Shown: positions 1 through 13,532, numbered from the whole stretch's first letter. The stretch: DNA of 63,638 bases, filler included, from Folioceros fuciformis (GCA_049999805.1; 9 parts of 9 records of this genome joined end to end with filler, not necessarily neighbours in it); one strand, 5' to 3'. The notes: generated by a model from the sequence alone, not told the origin. Program-made: numbers and translations.

Positions 1-2
1 GG

Positions 3-425
3 CGATGGGAGCTGCTTCAAGGGATGTGGCAGCTCGACATCCCGCCCAACCAGATCGTCAGTCTGGAGGGAAAATTCTACAGCTCCGGCGACCTGCTGCA
101 GCTCTGGAAGGGCCGCATCGAGATGTACGACGAGCGGATGAACATGTGGAAGGAAGTGAACGGCTCCCACCGTCGCATGCGGCAGAAGGAGGAGCTCCAG
201 GGCGCACACCGCTGCTTCCTTACCATGGCGGCCATCGCCTCCAACCTCTACTTCATCGGCGGCTACCGCATCCCTTCCGACCCCCTCGGCTGCCTCGACA
301 CCATCGACGTCTTCCACCTCGACTGCCCGCCCGGGTCCAAGTCCTGGACGTGCATCGACCCCGTCCGCCGCCCCTGCCACGAGGCCAAGGATCTCTGTAG
401 CCATTGCTGCGTGGTCGCCGTGTGA
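3..425 (+). CDS. F-box/kelch-repeat protein OR23-like, C-terminal part (5' partial)
   Basis: WQLDIPPNQIV..GKFYSSGD..WKGRIEMYD..NMW and LTMAAIASNLYFIGGYR resemble the C-terminus of Arabidopsis OR23 as recalled. Frame is open from the window start; TGA ends at 425. Confidence 0.8.
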   Translation, partial: RWELLQGMWQLDIPPNQIVSLEGKFYSSGDLLQLWKGRIEMYDERMNMWKEVNGSHRRMRQKEELQGAHRCFLTMAAIASNLYFIGGYRIPSDPLGCLDTIDVFHLDCPPGSKSWTCIDPVRRPCHEAKDLCSHCCVVAV

Positions 426-1065
426 TCATCACATCGGATCGTCACTCTCTCTATCGTCCACGAAACCAACCGCACCAACCGGGTAGGATCGTCGTCAAGT
501 CTTTCATGCCCACTTTCCGGACTGAAAGACGGACGGGGTGATGTACAGACACGAGAGTTAAAGTGAAGAGTAGAAAGAGAGTGTAGAGAGAGAGAGAGAG
601 ATAAAGAGCCCCAAGGACACCAGCTTCCTGCCCCTAGCAGGCGTGCCTGCTTATATGCTACCTACAGCTTGAGGCGGGGAACTGGAGCTTATCCGAAACG
701 AAGTGTCGGAGCTAGCGGCGAGACAGTTGGAGCATGGTCACGTCTGCCCGATTGTGGAAGGTAGGCCGAGGGACAGCCTCATTTTTGTGGGCTCCCAGTA
801 TGTACATTGTGTTGCTCTCAGTACATACAGATACATTTTGTGTATCTCAAGGAAGAGCCAGGGCAGGCCAGGATTCGCAGGGCAATGAAAGAATCTGAGG
901 GACAGACAGACCTCGGGTCGTCTTCGTTTCAGCTTCCCAGTCGTTTCGGTCACGCGCATTCCGATTTTCTAACCCACGGACGCGGGCAGTGCAGTAAAAT
1001 GCACTGCGCAGGAGGTTTGTGAAGTGGGTGGGCCGGTGGGTGTCATCGTGTGCATCCGCATCGAC

Positions 1066-3563
1066 ATGATGGTGTCGTCAGTGCTACCATTGTCGTCCCC
1101 GTTTTGCCCTGCCCTTTCCCTTGTCAACGGCCAGCGGAGAGCCTGCTTCAGAGAAGGAGTGCTCGAGGCGTTTGCAGCAGGGAATGCTGGATGCAAAATT
1201 GGATGCAGAGCTGTGACTCATAGGTGGAGGTGCTCAGCTGTTTCTCAGGTTCCTTCCTACCGGAGTGTGGATGCTGGGGTTGAGGCTGGAGCTGGAGCTG
1301 GGCCAGCCCTGTGCTTGTGGTGGTCCTTGCCTTCAGCTCATGTTGACGTGTTTTGTTGTATCGGTAGAGCGATGTTGCGGAAACGGAGGCATCGACCTCG
1401 TCTTTGGTGGAGAAGCCAGAGTCGTGGAGGAGGCAGGCCGTCGGGCGCGCTGTGGCAATTGTCGTGGCTTTGCTTCAAGCAACTGCACCGGTCCCGCTTG
1501 ACGGAATGATGGACGTCCTGACACCACCAGCTGCAGAAGCAATACTTTACTCTCCCGACACCAAGGTGCCGAGATCGCCAGAGGTCGCACTGCGGAGAGC
1601 GATTCCTGCCGTGAATTTGTCGATGAAGAAAATACAGGTTAGTGTGTGAAGTCATCCAACGTGCACAGCTGATGGCCATTAGCCATCTGAGGTTGACGAC
1701 TGATCAGCCTTGCGGACTGACAGGATTCTTTGGAAGATATTTTTTACCTGCTCCGTATACCTCAAAGAAAGCCCTATGGTAGTATGGAGTCGGATGTGAA
1801 AAAGGCTATCAAGGTAAACCGGTGTACACGCCTTGTTTGGACAACTCTGGGCACAATCTTGACTTCCATATACGCATTCATCTGTAACTTTGTGGCAGTT
1901 GGCAACAGATGAAAAAGGGGCAATTTTGGCTGCTGTACCTGCAGACCAGAAAGCCCGGGGTGCTGAGCTCTACAACAGTCTGATTGATGGAAAGGTAACA
2001 CAACTCACCATTGGACGTCACTGTTTCTGTATGATGCAAATGAAGAGCGGGTTGGGCACTCTGTATGCGTGTGAACAAACAGCCTGACTGACCATGTACG
2101 GAACTGGGGAAGTCTGATCAACATGTCAGTCCATGTTCCACTGGTAACTCTGCAGTGGGGCTTTGTCTACAGAATACAAGTCTCACAGATTTACTGCAAG
2201 CAATTGATGCCAAGGATCCTGACAAAGTATCGATCAGGCTTGCCAATGCACTGGAGATCATAGCTGAGTTAGAAACTCTTCAGGTAGCACCCTCTGCGTC
2301 ACGTGGTTTATCACTGACATGAGTAGTTGAACATCATGAAGGATTACCTGGCTGGCGGATTCCTGTGCAGGCACCAGGTTTACCCTTCTTATTACCAGCA
2401 CAATATCAGGAATTCCCAAGGTGAAGTGTGCTGCAGTTTTCTGTCAGCACCTGCAGGCTGATCAGCTGAAATATAGTTACTTCAAGAATTTGAATGCGCG
2501 CAGGTTGACAGGCAGGGCTACTGTCGCATTGACTGTGTCAAAAGGTGATGGATCGGGTTTCACCGTATCTGCTGGTGGCGGGCTCCAAAAAGAGGGAACT
2601 GTCGAGGTTGTGGCCAACCACTGTTCGTCTCCTTCGAGCTGCAGATGTCGTTTCTATATTGCTGCGAGCTCATTCGTTGTCACTTTATTTACCTTGAGGG
2701 ATACAGGTTGTCCTAGATGGGTACTCGGCTCCGCTGACTGCTGGCAACTTTGCAGAACTGGTAATGCAACTACCACCTGTTTGAATTCCTAAGAAAAATG
2801 TCTCTGAGGTAGGATTGCTGGCAAGGCCTTTCTGACGTGAACTTCTTGTGGAGTGTTCAGGTTCAAAAGGGTGCATACAATGGTATTAAGCTCAGGAGCA
2901 CGGAACAAGCTGTTCTGACAGACAACGAAGCTAACAACACGGTGGGCAGGTCTCTACCGATTGAGATACTGCCTGCTGGTGAATTCCAGCCATTGTACCG
3001 GACGACTCTAAGTGTGCAAGTAAGCTGCTGACTCAGGTACACGTTGTGCAGCTCTGGGTTGCAATTAACGTGGTACGCTGAAAAGTATGTGTGGATCGCT
3101 GTGAAGGACGGCGAACTGCCAGTGCTTCCCCTGTCAGTCTATGGTGCTGTAGCAATGGCGCACAGCCCTGAATCTGAGGATTTTTCTTCACCCTCTCAGT
3201 TCTTTTTCTACCTGTATGACAAGCGAAATGTGAGTAGAATCCAATCTGCCCTCTCGTTTCTTACTACCTTGAGCTTTTCTGACTCGGCTGGTTTATACTT
3301 TTCTTGGGACTTGGTAGGCTGGCTTGGGAGGGCTTTCATTTGACGAGGGCCAGTTCTCTGTTTTTGGGTAATTTCTCATCTTTCCATATCATCCCAGCGA
3401 CATTAAGATCGCGTCTGATCAGTTATCTGATAAGCTCCTGTCCCTGGGCAGGTACGTGACGAAGGGCAAAGAGCTTCTGTCACAGCTCAAAACGGGAGAT
3501 GTCATCACAGACGTCAAGATGGTCACAGGGTCAGACCGCCTCGTTTTTCCCTCCACCAGTTAA
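1066..3563 (+). CDS. CYP37: Chloroplast thylakoid cyclophilin CYP37 (multi-exon)
   Basis: Successive exons read AILYSPDTKVPRSPEVALRRAIP, LEDIFYLLRIPQRKPYGSMESDVKKA, DPDKVSIRLA, DGYSAPLTAGNF, DGELPVLPLSVYGAVAMAH, SQFFFYLYDKRN, GLGGLSFDEGQFSVFG and QLKTGDVI..GSDRLVFP* (TAA 3561-3563), separated by GT-AG introns. Start codon approximate. Confidence 0.93.
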
Positions 3564-3589
3564 AGTTTGTACATATATACCTAAAGCAA

Positions 3590-3731
3590 AGGGACTAAGA
3601 GGCTCACATTGAGTCCATCCGCACGTGTATGTATGTACTTCTTCTGCATGCGCGAAGCCAAGGGACTAAGAGGCTCACATTGAGTCCATCCGCACGTGTA
3701 TGTATGTACTTCTTCTGCATGCGCGAAGCCA
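3590..3731. repeat. Exact 71-bp tandem duplication downstream of the CYP37 stop
   Basis: agggactaagaggctcaca...gcgcgaagcca at 3590-3660 and 3661-3731. Confidence 0.9.
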
Positions 3732-3856
3732 ACCGAAAGGTCCAGGTTTATGATCCTGTCTGTTTGTGCCTCGCTCAGAAATGAGAAGCGCGTCCACGTC
3801 TGTTCCGCCTTTGAGGGTTGGCAACCATCCTGCACATACACAGCTTTTCGCTGGAC

Positions 3857-4806
<950 letters not shown>

Positions 4807-5182
4807 ATGGAATTGTCAACTTAGTCGGCTAATGCAATGGCTTGCTGGGGAAATAACACTTGTGCCAAAGTGGCCATAATGTGTGGAAGCTTGCGAACTG
4901 CCTGCTAACCCTTACTGCTGCTGAGTCTAGCGCATTTCTCTTCGTGTCAAGGCCTGAGACCTACCCACGTTCTGTAATTACGAACGAGTTATACAGGAAA
5001 GCGTTCTTAGACAAGACGGGACAAAGGATGTACTACGGGAATGCATACACGTAGTTTTCATGACCGATTCTTCATTGAAGAGACCCGACACACAATACAG
5101 GCAATATTTACATCCACACAGCTCGCCAAGACAAAGCCTACCACTTTGCAACTTACAGATGCTACAGTTACTCTAAGTACTC

Positions 5183-7183
5183 CTACATCCGTTCGAGATC
5201 AAACCGATAGAACTGAATCAGGAAATCAGCATCCTCCCATAGGAATGAAAAATTTCCAGAACGTTCAACCAGAAGTCGTCCAGGGACCCACTTTGGACTT
5301 TTGAAGTCGTGATCAGCTATCCTCCCGAAACCTTCGTATCTGCACGTAAGCAACGCATCATTTACGGTGTGTACCACTCCATCATAGTTTTAGAATCAAA
5401 TAATCTGAACATTCAAGAGTCCGGGAATACTTACATCTTCACAAACTCTGGACGTCTTGCTCCACGCATATGAGAAGCAGCCTTTGTCCGAATACTCGGT
5501 GGAATGTCTTCAGTCATCGTGCCGATCCGTACCTTGAACGTATCTTCCCCACAGGGTACGTTGGGATCGCCTGGCCAGCAGAAACGCCATCAAATCCCTG
5601 ATCATTGCAGACAGGGTGGCCACCAGGTCTAAACAACATGCACATTACTTCCTCATGAAATAACGTACCAAGAACCTTCGTCCCCACGATTTCATCATCC
5701 TTGTAAGCGACCCGCACAACCTCCAGCCCGTGTGGCCCATATACTCCGCTCCACAGGCCGTTGAGTTCCTGATCTGGCTTCGGCTTACTGACGCTGAGCC
5801 TGGAATATTTAGACTGCCAGACCCGCATGCAAGAAAACTGGAGTTCACCTGTAGCAGCAAACATAGAAGTAAGGTGATCCTTCACGTCCCCTAACATTCC
5901 CTTCACCTGCTAGCTACCCAAAAAAATGCCTAAAGAAATTCATGCTGCCACACTTATGATTTGTGACAATTGTGTGATACCTCGACTTGCCAGACGCATC
6001 ATATATCGCATCGCCCTGTTACCACCACTGCTCGGGGCACCCTGAGGACGCAAAGACGTTCTTGGTAAGATTTGACAACGATTTCGCTGTATTCGACAAG
6101 GACGTTGAACAAACTTGCCTCATTTTCCATCTGATGAGGGAGCTGAACGAGTTGATGCTCAGCTCCGTGAGCCATGTTATGCATCAGAAAACGTTGCTGC
6201 AATGAGTCGATGAGCCTCGGCTCTTCCCTAGTCAGTGCCCTAAAGCAGGTTCGTAGGTCAACGGCCTCATTACAGTACTGCCTGTCCACTGATGAGAGAG
6301 TATCATTTCCCGCAGACGGAAGAGCTTCCTGTGGCAACGGGGAACAAGGAGTAGTTATCACCACCAAACTCCAGAACACAAACAATTCCAACAGCAGCCG
6401 GGGGACTTACACTTACCCGATCTGGCTGAGAAACAGCGGTGCCTAGCGCATACATATCAAAATGGAAAGACTGTTTAGTGGCAGGTGAAGACCAAACCAA
6501 ACGACCAGGCATCCGGATCACTTCACTGCAAGCTTTGACAGAGAGGAGGAACATCTTTGAGCTGCCATCCGGCAAGCCAACCATCTCAAAAAGGCGTATG
6601 AACAAGGTCTCTTTGAACAACAATGAAACCCCTGAAAACCCACGCACATGACCAAAAGTCAATCTCGCCGCCACCAAGATATTGCCAGCAGATGGAACAA
6701 GTAGTGCCACAAAAAACACTCACGGGTATTCGACCCCTTCGGCAGAACGCGTGAAGCAACCAGCCTGTTCTTGCCCTGCGTCAAAGATCTTCAACTCTTG
6801 AGTCCGCCGCCCAGCCATGCATGGAAAGAGCAGAAAGGACTTACGGAGGAATGAGGACAGACCCAAGTTATGTACAGAATGCCACCGCGAGGGGACAGCT
6901 CCTGCGCACTCCATACTCCAACGATTTGGCTGAAATCGCGTAACAGCCGGTAGAGAGCCTTGGCGGTGTAAACAGTCCGGCGCCACTCTGCCAAATTCAG
7001 AAACTTCTCCCAGGGCTCGCATCGGGGCGACCACACCGAGTCGTCATTGCTCTGCTCACGCAGAGCCCGGCAGGTACTGGCCACCGAGCAGACATCCTCC
7101 ACGCTCAGTTTCAGCAGGATGCAGCGGAGGGCATCGTGCGGCAGATCGAGGAGCTGGCACACGATCCGGTCGCTAGAAACCAT
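5183..7183 (-). CDS. F-box protein with C-terminal DUF3506/Cyclin-D1-binding-like domain (multi-exon)
   Basis: N-terminal F-box LLDLPHDALRCILLKLSVEDVCSVASTCRALR. Later exons read GLWSGVYGPHGLEVV..EIVGTKVLG-DPNVPCG and YEGFGRIADHDFKSPKWVPGRL. Confidence 0.82.
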
Positions 7184-8586
7184 TTTCGCTAGCAACTATA
7201 ACCTCCCCGAACACACACACATACACTACAACCTCGCTAACACACTCACCTACGCTACAACCTCGCCTCACTGACACACCTACACGTGAATGTGCAAGCA
7301 ACCTGAAATCTGATCTTCAGCCCGAACATACCCCGAGACACAGAGGTGGGGGCTGGCAGGGGGGGCCTAGCGGGACTGGTCTCCTCGATTTAGGAGACCG
7401 TCACAGCCTCAGGTTCTCTGCATCCAGCGACCCAGACATCCCCCAAGAAGCCCAGCCGGAAGACACATTCGGCCCCGAGAGGAGCCCACACCACACACTG
7501 TCCCGGTAGATAGCCCCTTTTTTGTACCCTTGTCACTATTAGACGTCGTTGACATGAACTTATTCTGTCAAGTCTCACTAACTCCACGTAACAAGGTCAT
7601 CAGAGCCACGCTCAAGTCATGCGAAGCATCACCTCCTCTCCACTTTTTTTGGTGTGAGACTTTCGAATTGACCTCTTGTGGCGCGCACTGTGTCCAATGT
7701 CCATGTGCCGCCTGGCAGGATCAGAAGTGGGCAGGGTAGGTACGGATGTGCATGAATAACGAGAAACAAATCCAAAAAAACAAATCACGAAGGATTCCAC
7801 GGACAAACCTATACATGAGGACAAGGTCTTTCATCTTGAGAACTTGCATTGGACTTGGTAGCTAATGAAGGATTAACCTTCAAAACAGAGACCCACAATA
7901 ACTAATAGCAAAACTAAGATACTAGATTCATAACATGAAAGCTATGACCAAAGGAAGAAAGGAAAACGATAGATTTATAGACAAGACTCAATGAGAAAAG
8001 TTGAGTTAGAGTAAGAGGAAAAAAGAAATATTTTATCCTACATAGTCGTATTTAGTAAAAGAAGTCATCATTAACGTAAGCTACTTGTGAAAGCATACTT
8101 TGACAAGAGCGAGAGGTTCTAAAGTTTGAAGAAGTAAGTTGTCATGGCTTAGAAAGTCTGCTAGAGTGTTGCGTCTATGTGAACTTGTTGTGCACATCGA
8201 TATTGTACTAGTTGACAACTCATGGCAAATAAGTGCGTAGTGAAGGCAAATAAGTACGTAGTGAAGATAAATCCATTACGTTTGACTAAAGAGGCTGCCA
8301 GTCGATGAAAAGTTTTCACGAAAGTACAATTGGCGGGCACAGTTATTTTGGTAGTTAACTTTGTGAACAGTTTGTACCGGTTAAGAATGCTCCCCATGTA
8401 GTTGGCAATAGAATGTTACAAGTATATAGGGGTATGGAAAGAATGAATGAGCATTCTTTTGATAGTTCGCTTAAAAAGCTTAGAGTTAGTAAACAATGAC
8501 CACATCAATGAGTCCGTAGACAATGAACACAATGCTGATCCCATGTAGTTGGCAATAGAATGTTACAAGTATATAGGGGTATGGAA

Positions 8587-8686
8587 NNNNNNNNNNNNNN
8601 NNNNNNNNNNNNNNNNNNNNNNNNNNNNNNTTAATTAATTAANNNNNNNNNNNNNNNNNNNNNNNNNNNNNNNNNNNNNNNNNNNN
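8587..8686. other. Artificial scaffold linker N44-TTAATTAATTAA-N44
   Basis: Six-frame stop spacer; the identical 100-nt design recurs eight times in the window. Confidence 0.97.
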
Positions 8687-8861
8687 CTCCTACCCATTCA
8701 GAACATGCCTTCCAAGCCGGAGTCAACCCTGTCAATAAAACAGGTATATTTCTTTTCATGTACTTCCTCCAGAAATTTTCATAGCTCAGCTCCCGGCCAT
8801 TTATACGAGGGACGGTCTCAACCACTTCCAGATGACGTCTTGCACCTTGAGACGTGACCAT
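8687..8861 (-). CDS. JmjC-domain protein JMJ20/JMJD4-like, N-terminus (3' partial)
   Basis: VPRINGRELSYENFWRKYMKRNIPVLLTGLTPAWKACSEWV matches the JMJD4/JMJ20 N-terminal pattern; truncated by the scaffold end. Confidence 0.82.
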
Positions 8862-9097
8862 TAGAGCTTCTTAGAATATCGGGTCGGCAGTGAGCAGCAT
8901 CCGGTTCTAGTTCCAAGTAGCACACGCAGCAGAATCCTGATGACCAGCTCGGAACAAACCCAGATCCAAAGTCAGCAACACCCTGGACCAATCAGCAAAC
9001 ATGCCGGGCGCACCAAGAACTACCACCCTTCTTCACCACCACGGATAACCTGGCGACGTTCGTGTTACGGCCAACAAAGTTCAGAACTCCTGCCGCG

Positions 9098-9105
9098 TGC
9101 ATTTA
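9098..9105 (-). promoter_or_regulatory. L1 box (TAAATGCA) upstream of the HD-ZIP IV gene
   Basis: + strand TGCATTTA is the reverse complement of the L1 box TAAATG(C/T)A. A second copy lies at 9952-9959. Confidence 0.4.
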
Positions 9106-9712
9106 GTGAAACACCAGCAGTATTGTAGAGTATGAGCCATGTCGAGCGTTCTGCAGAAGACCGTCACAACTCACTTTCGAGCAGGAACCTTGCTAGCGAT
9201 ATTGGTCATTATCGCAAAAGACAACCCGCGCATTATCCAACCTAACTTATCCCAGCTAGGTTAGTGCCTGAGAGATAAGTGATAGGCAATATGAGGATAG
9301 GAGGAAGGGAATCTGAGGGCTCCCCCACTCTCTTCTGTGAGAGAAGTAATGAGAAGACTTGTGAGAGAAGACGACGTGTTCCCTCAGCATTAGTCTACAT
9401 GTTCACGAACTGGGGCCGAGCCGAGTGAAATGCTGGTCGTCGCCGACCAGATTTTGCTTTGCGCGGCCGGGATGTGGAGGTGTGGGGTGGAGTGGAGATG
9501 ATTGTATTTTCCCTTGTGGCGTTTGACTTGCGTGCATTTCCGTGGCCAGTTGTGTGAAACGGTGTAGGTTCATCACTTTAAAATCGCTGGCGGATTTATG
9601 TTATTTTCTTCACAGGTAAGCACTTGTGGAGTTAAGGAGCCCTACAGTCCCTCAGCGGTCTAGGAGCCCTGCAGTCCCGTGAGTGAGGTCTGTTGAGGTT
9701 CTATGTCCTTTC

Positions 9713-9773
9713 GGGCATTGGCGTTGGCATTGGCGTTGGCATTGGCGTTGGCATTGGCGTTGGCATTGGCGTT
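9713..9773. repeat. (GGCATTGGCGTT)n microsatellite, about 5 copies
   Basis: Read directly; lies 5' of the HD-ZIP IV start codon. Confidence 0.9.
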
Positions 9774-9797
9774 GTCTAAGCCGAGCGGACAAGCTCA

Positions 9798-12700
9798 ATG
9801 GGTCCTCCTAGACTTGGGCCACCTTCGTCACTACCACGTCCTCCGAAGAATGCGTACTCATCGCCGGGGCTGTCTCTTGCTCTGGTGGGTTTGCAGTTCT
9901 ATCGTTTCACTCCGTCGCGTGTATTGGGATTTTGCCCCATCAGCTAAGTAATGCATTTAAGCTGGGCTGCAGCCAAGTGGACCAGAGGGCCAACGGGAGG
10001 TGAGCCAAAGTGCTGAAAGTGAGCAAGCGAAGGCAAAGGAGGAAGAATATGAAAGTCGCTCAGGAAGCGACAACATGGATGGAGGCTCAGGTGACGACCA
10101 GGATATGGAACACCCACCTCGAAAAAAGCGCTACCACCGGCATACACCCCGTCAAATCCAAGAGATGGAAAGGTAAATATCTGGCTTTCTACACAATGTT
10201 GTTGTGTTTGGCTTGTTCGACACATGGGGTTGCTTCGATAAGCTGATGCCCTTTCTGTGCAGTCTTTTCAAAGAATGCCCCCATCCTGATGACAAACAGC
10301 GACAAGAACTGAGCAAAGAACTTGGTTTGGAGCCACGTCAAGTAAAATTCTGGTTTCAAAACCGCCGAACACAGATGAAGGTCAGCTAATGATCGGGTTT
10401 CTGGTCATCAGGACCTCGCAACTGCTTCCGTCCCTCGTGTTCATCAAGCAATATGAGTATGAATCTACGCGTTTTCTACTGCATCTCACTCGGATTTTGC
10501 ATGTAATGATCACAGACTCAACAGGAGCGGGCCGAAAATTCTGTACTGAGGTCAGAAAATGAGAAGTTGCGGTCAGAGAATGTGACATTGCGGGATGCAA
10601 TTAAGAATGCTGCTTGCCCGCATTGTGGTGGTCCCACAGCAATTGGTGAAATATCCCTTGATGAACAACAGCTTCGCATGGAGAATGTGAGGTTGAAGGA
10701 GGAGGTAAATGGTCTTCTGGACTACTGCTTAAAGTTTTATGTTGACGTGCTTCATGGGTGCAACTGTAGGAGAAGTTTCAGACGTGGGTATAATCTATTT
10801 GTGGTGGTATGTATTGGTATTGCAGCTTGACCGTGTATCAACTATTGCTGCCAAGGTTCTGGGGAGGCCCGTGGCTCCACTTGCACCCCCTCAACTAGGC
10901 TCATCCCTGGAACTTGCAATGGGTGGAAACTTCGGGATTGCGTCTGGGCCTTTACCTGGAAATGAATTCACACAGGGTCCTTCAGTGGTAGATGTGGCTA
11001 CTCGTCCTGGTGGCCTGACTGATGTTGAGAAGCCAATGGTTGTAGAACTTGCTGTCACTGCTATGGAAGAGCTTGTACAGGTAGCCCAAGGGGAAGAGCC
11101 GCTGTGGGTTCAGGGTAACGAAGGAACTTACAACAGAGAAACGCTGAATTATGACCAATACATTCATCAGTTTCCAAGAGGAATTGGACCACGGCCATTG
11201 GGTTTGAAGATGGAGGCAACTAGGGGGACAGGGATAGTTATGATCAATGGAATCAATCTTGTAGAAACACTCATGGATGCGGTATGTTAACAAGTTTCAG
11301 ATGATGGTGTTCTGAGCCGAGTATGTGGTGCGGTGCCAGTGACATTTGTCTCGTCTTTTGATGCAGGAACGTTGGATAGATATGTTTCCATGCATTGTAT
11401 CCAGAGCACTCACAGTTGACGTCATTGCGCATGGAGTTGCTGGCAGTTGCAATGGTGTGCTCCAGCTGGTCAGGTTTCCAGTCTCTGGGACCCTGTTTTT
11501 CAAGTCCCTGAGTTTCTAATTTTGCTGATGAATGTCTGTGGCCACTATCTCAGATGTATGCTGAGCTCCAGCTCTTGTCACCCTTAGTGCCCACACGTGA
11601 GATATTTTTTCTGAGGTTCTGCAAGCAACACGGGGAGGGTCTCTGGGCTGTTGTGGATGTATCTGTGGACAGTTTACGAGACAACCCGCCACCATCACTT
11701 ATGCGGTGTCGAAGGCGTCCATCTGGATTTCTTATTCAAGATATGCCAAATGGATGCTCCAAGGTACTTCTCAGGAAATTAGCTAATTTAGAAATGTGGG
11801 ATGCCTGACTTATACCATAACTAACTGAGAATTTCCAAATCCCTCCAGGTAACTGTTGTGGAGCACATGGAGTATGATGATAGGGGTGTGCACCAGATGT
11901 ATAAAGCTCTAGTGGGAAGTGGAATAGCTTTTGGAGCTCAGCGCTGGCTTGCTACGCTGCAGCGGCAGTGTGAGCGGTCAGCTAGCCTGTCAGCCTGCAC
12001 CATTTCATCTAGAGATCTTGGTGGTATGTCACCATCTAACCAGCCACTGCTATTCTGTCCTGCCTCTTCTTTGTGCTACTAGAATTTCTAGTTGGATAGG
12101 ACTTCTATGGTTGTTTGGGCCATGCATATGCCTGCAGTCTGGTCATTACAGTCTAGCCTTGCTGAAATTCGTGCTATCTGACTCTTTGTACCAATGGTGT
12201 AGGTATACCAACAATTGGACGACGCAGCATGTTGAAACTTGCGCAGCGCATGACAAACAACTTCTGCGCAGGTGTTGGTGCTTCTACAGTGCATACTTGG
12301 ACAACACTGTCAGGCAGTGGAGAGGATGATGTGCGTGTCATGACTCGGAAGAGTGTTGACAATCCTGGTGAGCCTCATGGTGTGGTCTTGAGTGCTGCAA
12401 CATCATTGTGGCTTCCAATTGCCCCACAAAGGGTGTTCGAATTTCTCCGCGACGAGCGTGTGAGGAGCGAGGTATCACTTTCGCTAGTCAGAAGCAGTTT
12501 GCTTACTTTAGGGACGTCTGATGGTCTTCTAAGTCTCTTTTTTTTCTGAAGTGTGTACAGTGTACAGCTGGAAATTTTTATTTTGCTGTTTGTCTCGCGC
12601 ATTGGGTTTTCTTGATGTCAAGTTAACGTGGAGAAACACTAACACGCCGTTGCTATATTATAATGTGTCTGTGTTGCAGTGGGATATTCTATCCAATGGT

Positions 12701-13264
12701 GGTGTAGTAGCTGAAATGGCACACATATCGAAAGGGCAGGACCCGGGGAATAGTGTGTCTTTACTTCGTGTAAATGTAGGTTCAATGCTGCAAGTGTGAT
12801 CTGGGATACTTTTTTGCCTGCCGTCATTGGTATTGTTGTTGATGGGATCCCTCATGCAGCTCCCACATGTGCAGCCTATGAATGCAGGTCAAAGCAACAT
12901 GCTTATACTTCAGGAAAGCTGTACGGACGTATCTGGATCTCTCGTGATCTATGCCCCTGTGGATATTCCGGCCATGCAAAATGTATTGCAGGGCGGTGAC
13001 CCTGCCTATGTTGCTCTTCTTCCATCTGGTTTTGCCATTCTTCCTGATGGGTCTGAGCCAAGGAGGCCGTTTGGATTCCAGCATGACAGTATGCATGCTG
13101 ACTGCTCGCCAACTGGAGGTTCTCTGTTAACTGTTGCTTTTCAAATTTTGGTGGGCAGTATTCCGTCGGCCAAATTACCATTGCAGTCGGTTGCTATTGT
13201 CAACGATCTGCTATCGTGCACAGTGCAGCGTATACGAGCTGCACTTCAGTGTCATGATCCTTAA
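9798..13264 (+). CDS. C4HDZ: Class IV homeodomain-leucine zipper (HD-ZIP IV, GL2/ATML1/HDG family) transcription factor
   Basis: Exon 1 (9798-9884) ends [10 protein letters not shown]. Then ESRSGSDN, homeodomain [47 protein letters not shown], zipper loop CPHCGGP, START domain ([21 protein letters not shown]) and SAD domain to TAA at 13264. Confidence 0.96.
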
Positions 13265-13373
13265 GTGGCTCCCAACACATGCCAGAGTTGCAGACCAGAT
13301 AGAGCTCGGTGAAGCTTCCAAGATTGAGCCAGGCAGCAAGTTGTGGCATGGGCCATGGAGGATGACTAGGTGA

Positions 13374-13532
13374 AAGTCAAGAACGCACCACATGCTCCTT
13401 GCGTTGTGGTAAAGTGGAAGAGAGGTCATGCACTCTAGTGTGCATGTGCACCACATGGTGTGGGTCATGTACACTAGGGCACCGTGCATGTGCTTCACCA
13501 CTTCGCAAGGGAAATGGTTCGGGCATTGACTT
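13374..13532 (+). promoter_or_regulatory. Structured 3'UTR element of the HD-ZIP IV mRNA (paired conserved motifs closing a long hairpin)
   Basis: AAGTCAAGAACGCACCA (13374-13390) and TGGTTCGGGCATTGACTT (13515-13532) resemble the two complementary 3'UTR motifs of seed-plant HD-ZIP IV genes. Nested complementary arms lie between them. Confidence 0.75.

Noticed and set aside
8387-8586. Direct repeat of ccccatgtagttggcaatagaatg at the scaffold end
   Set aside because: A contig-end repeat with no interpretable structure.
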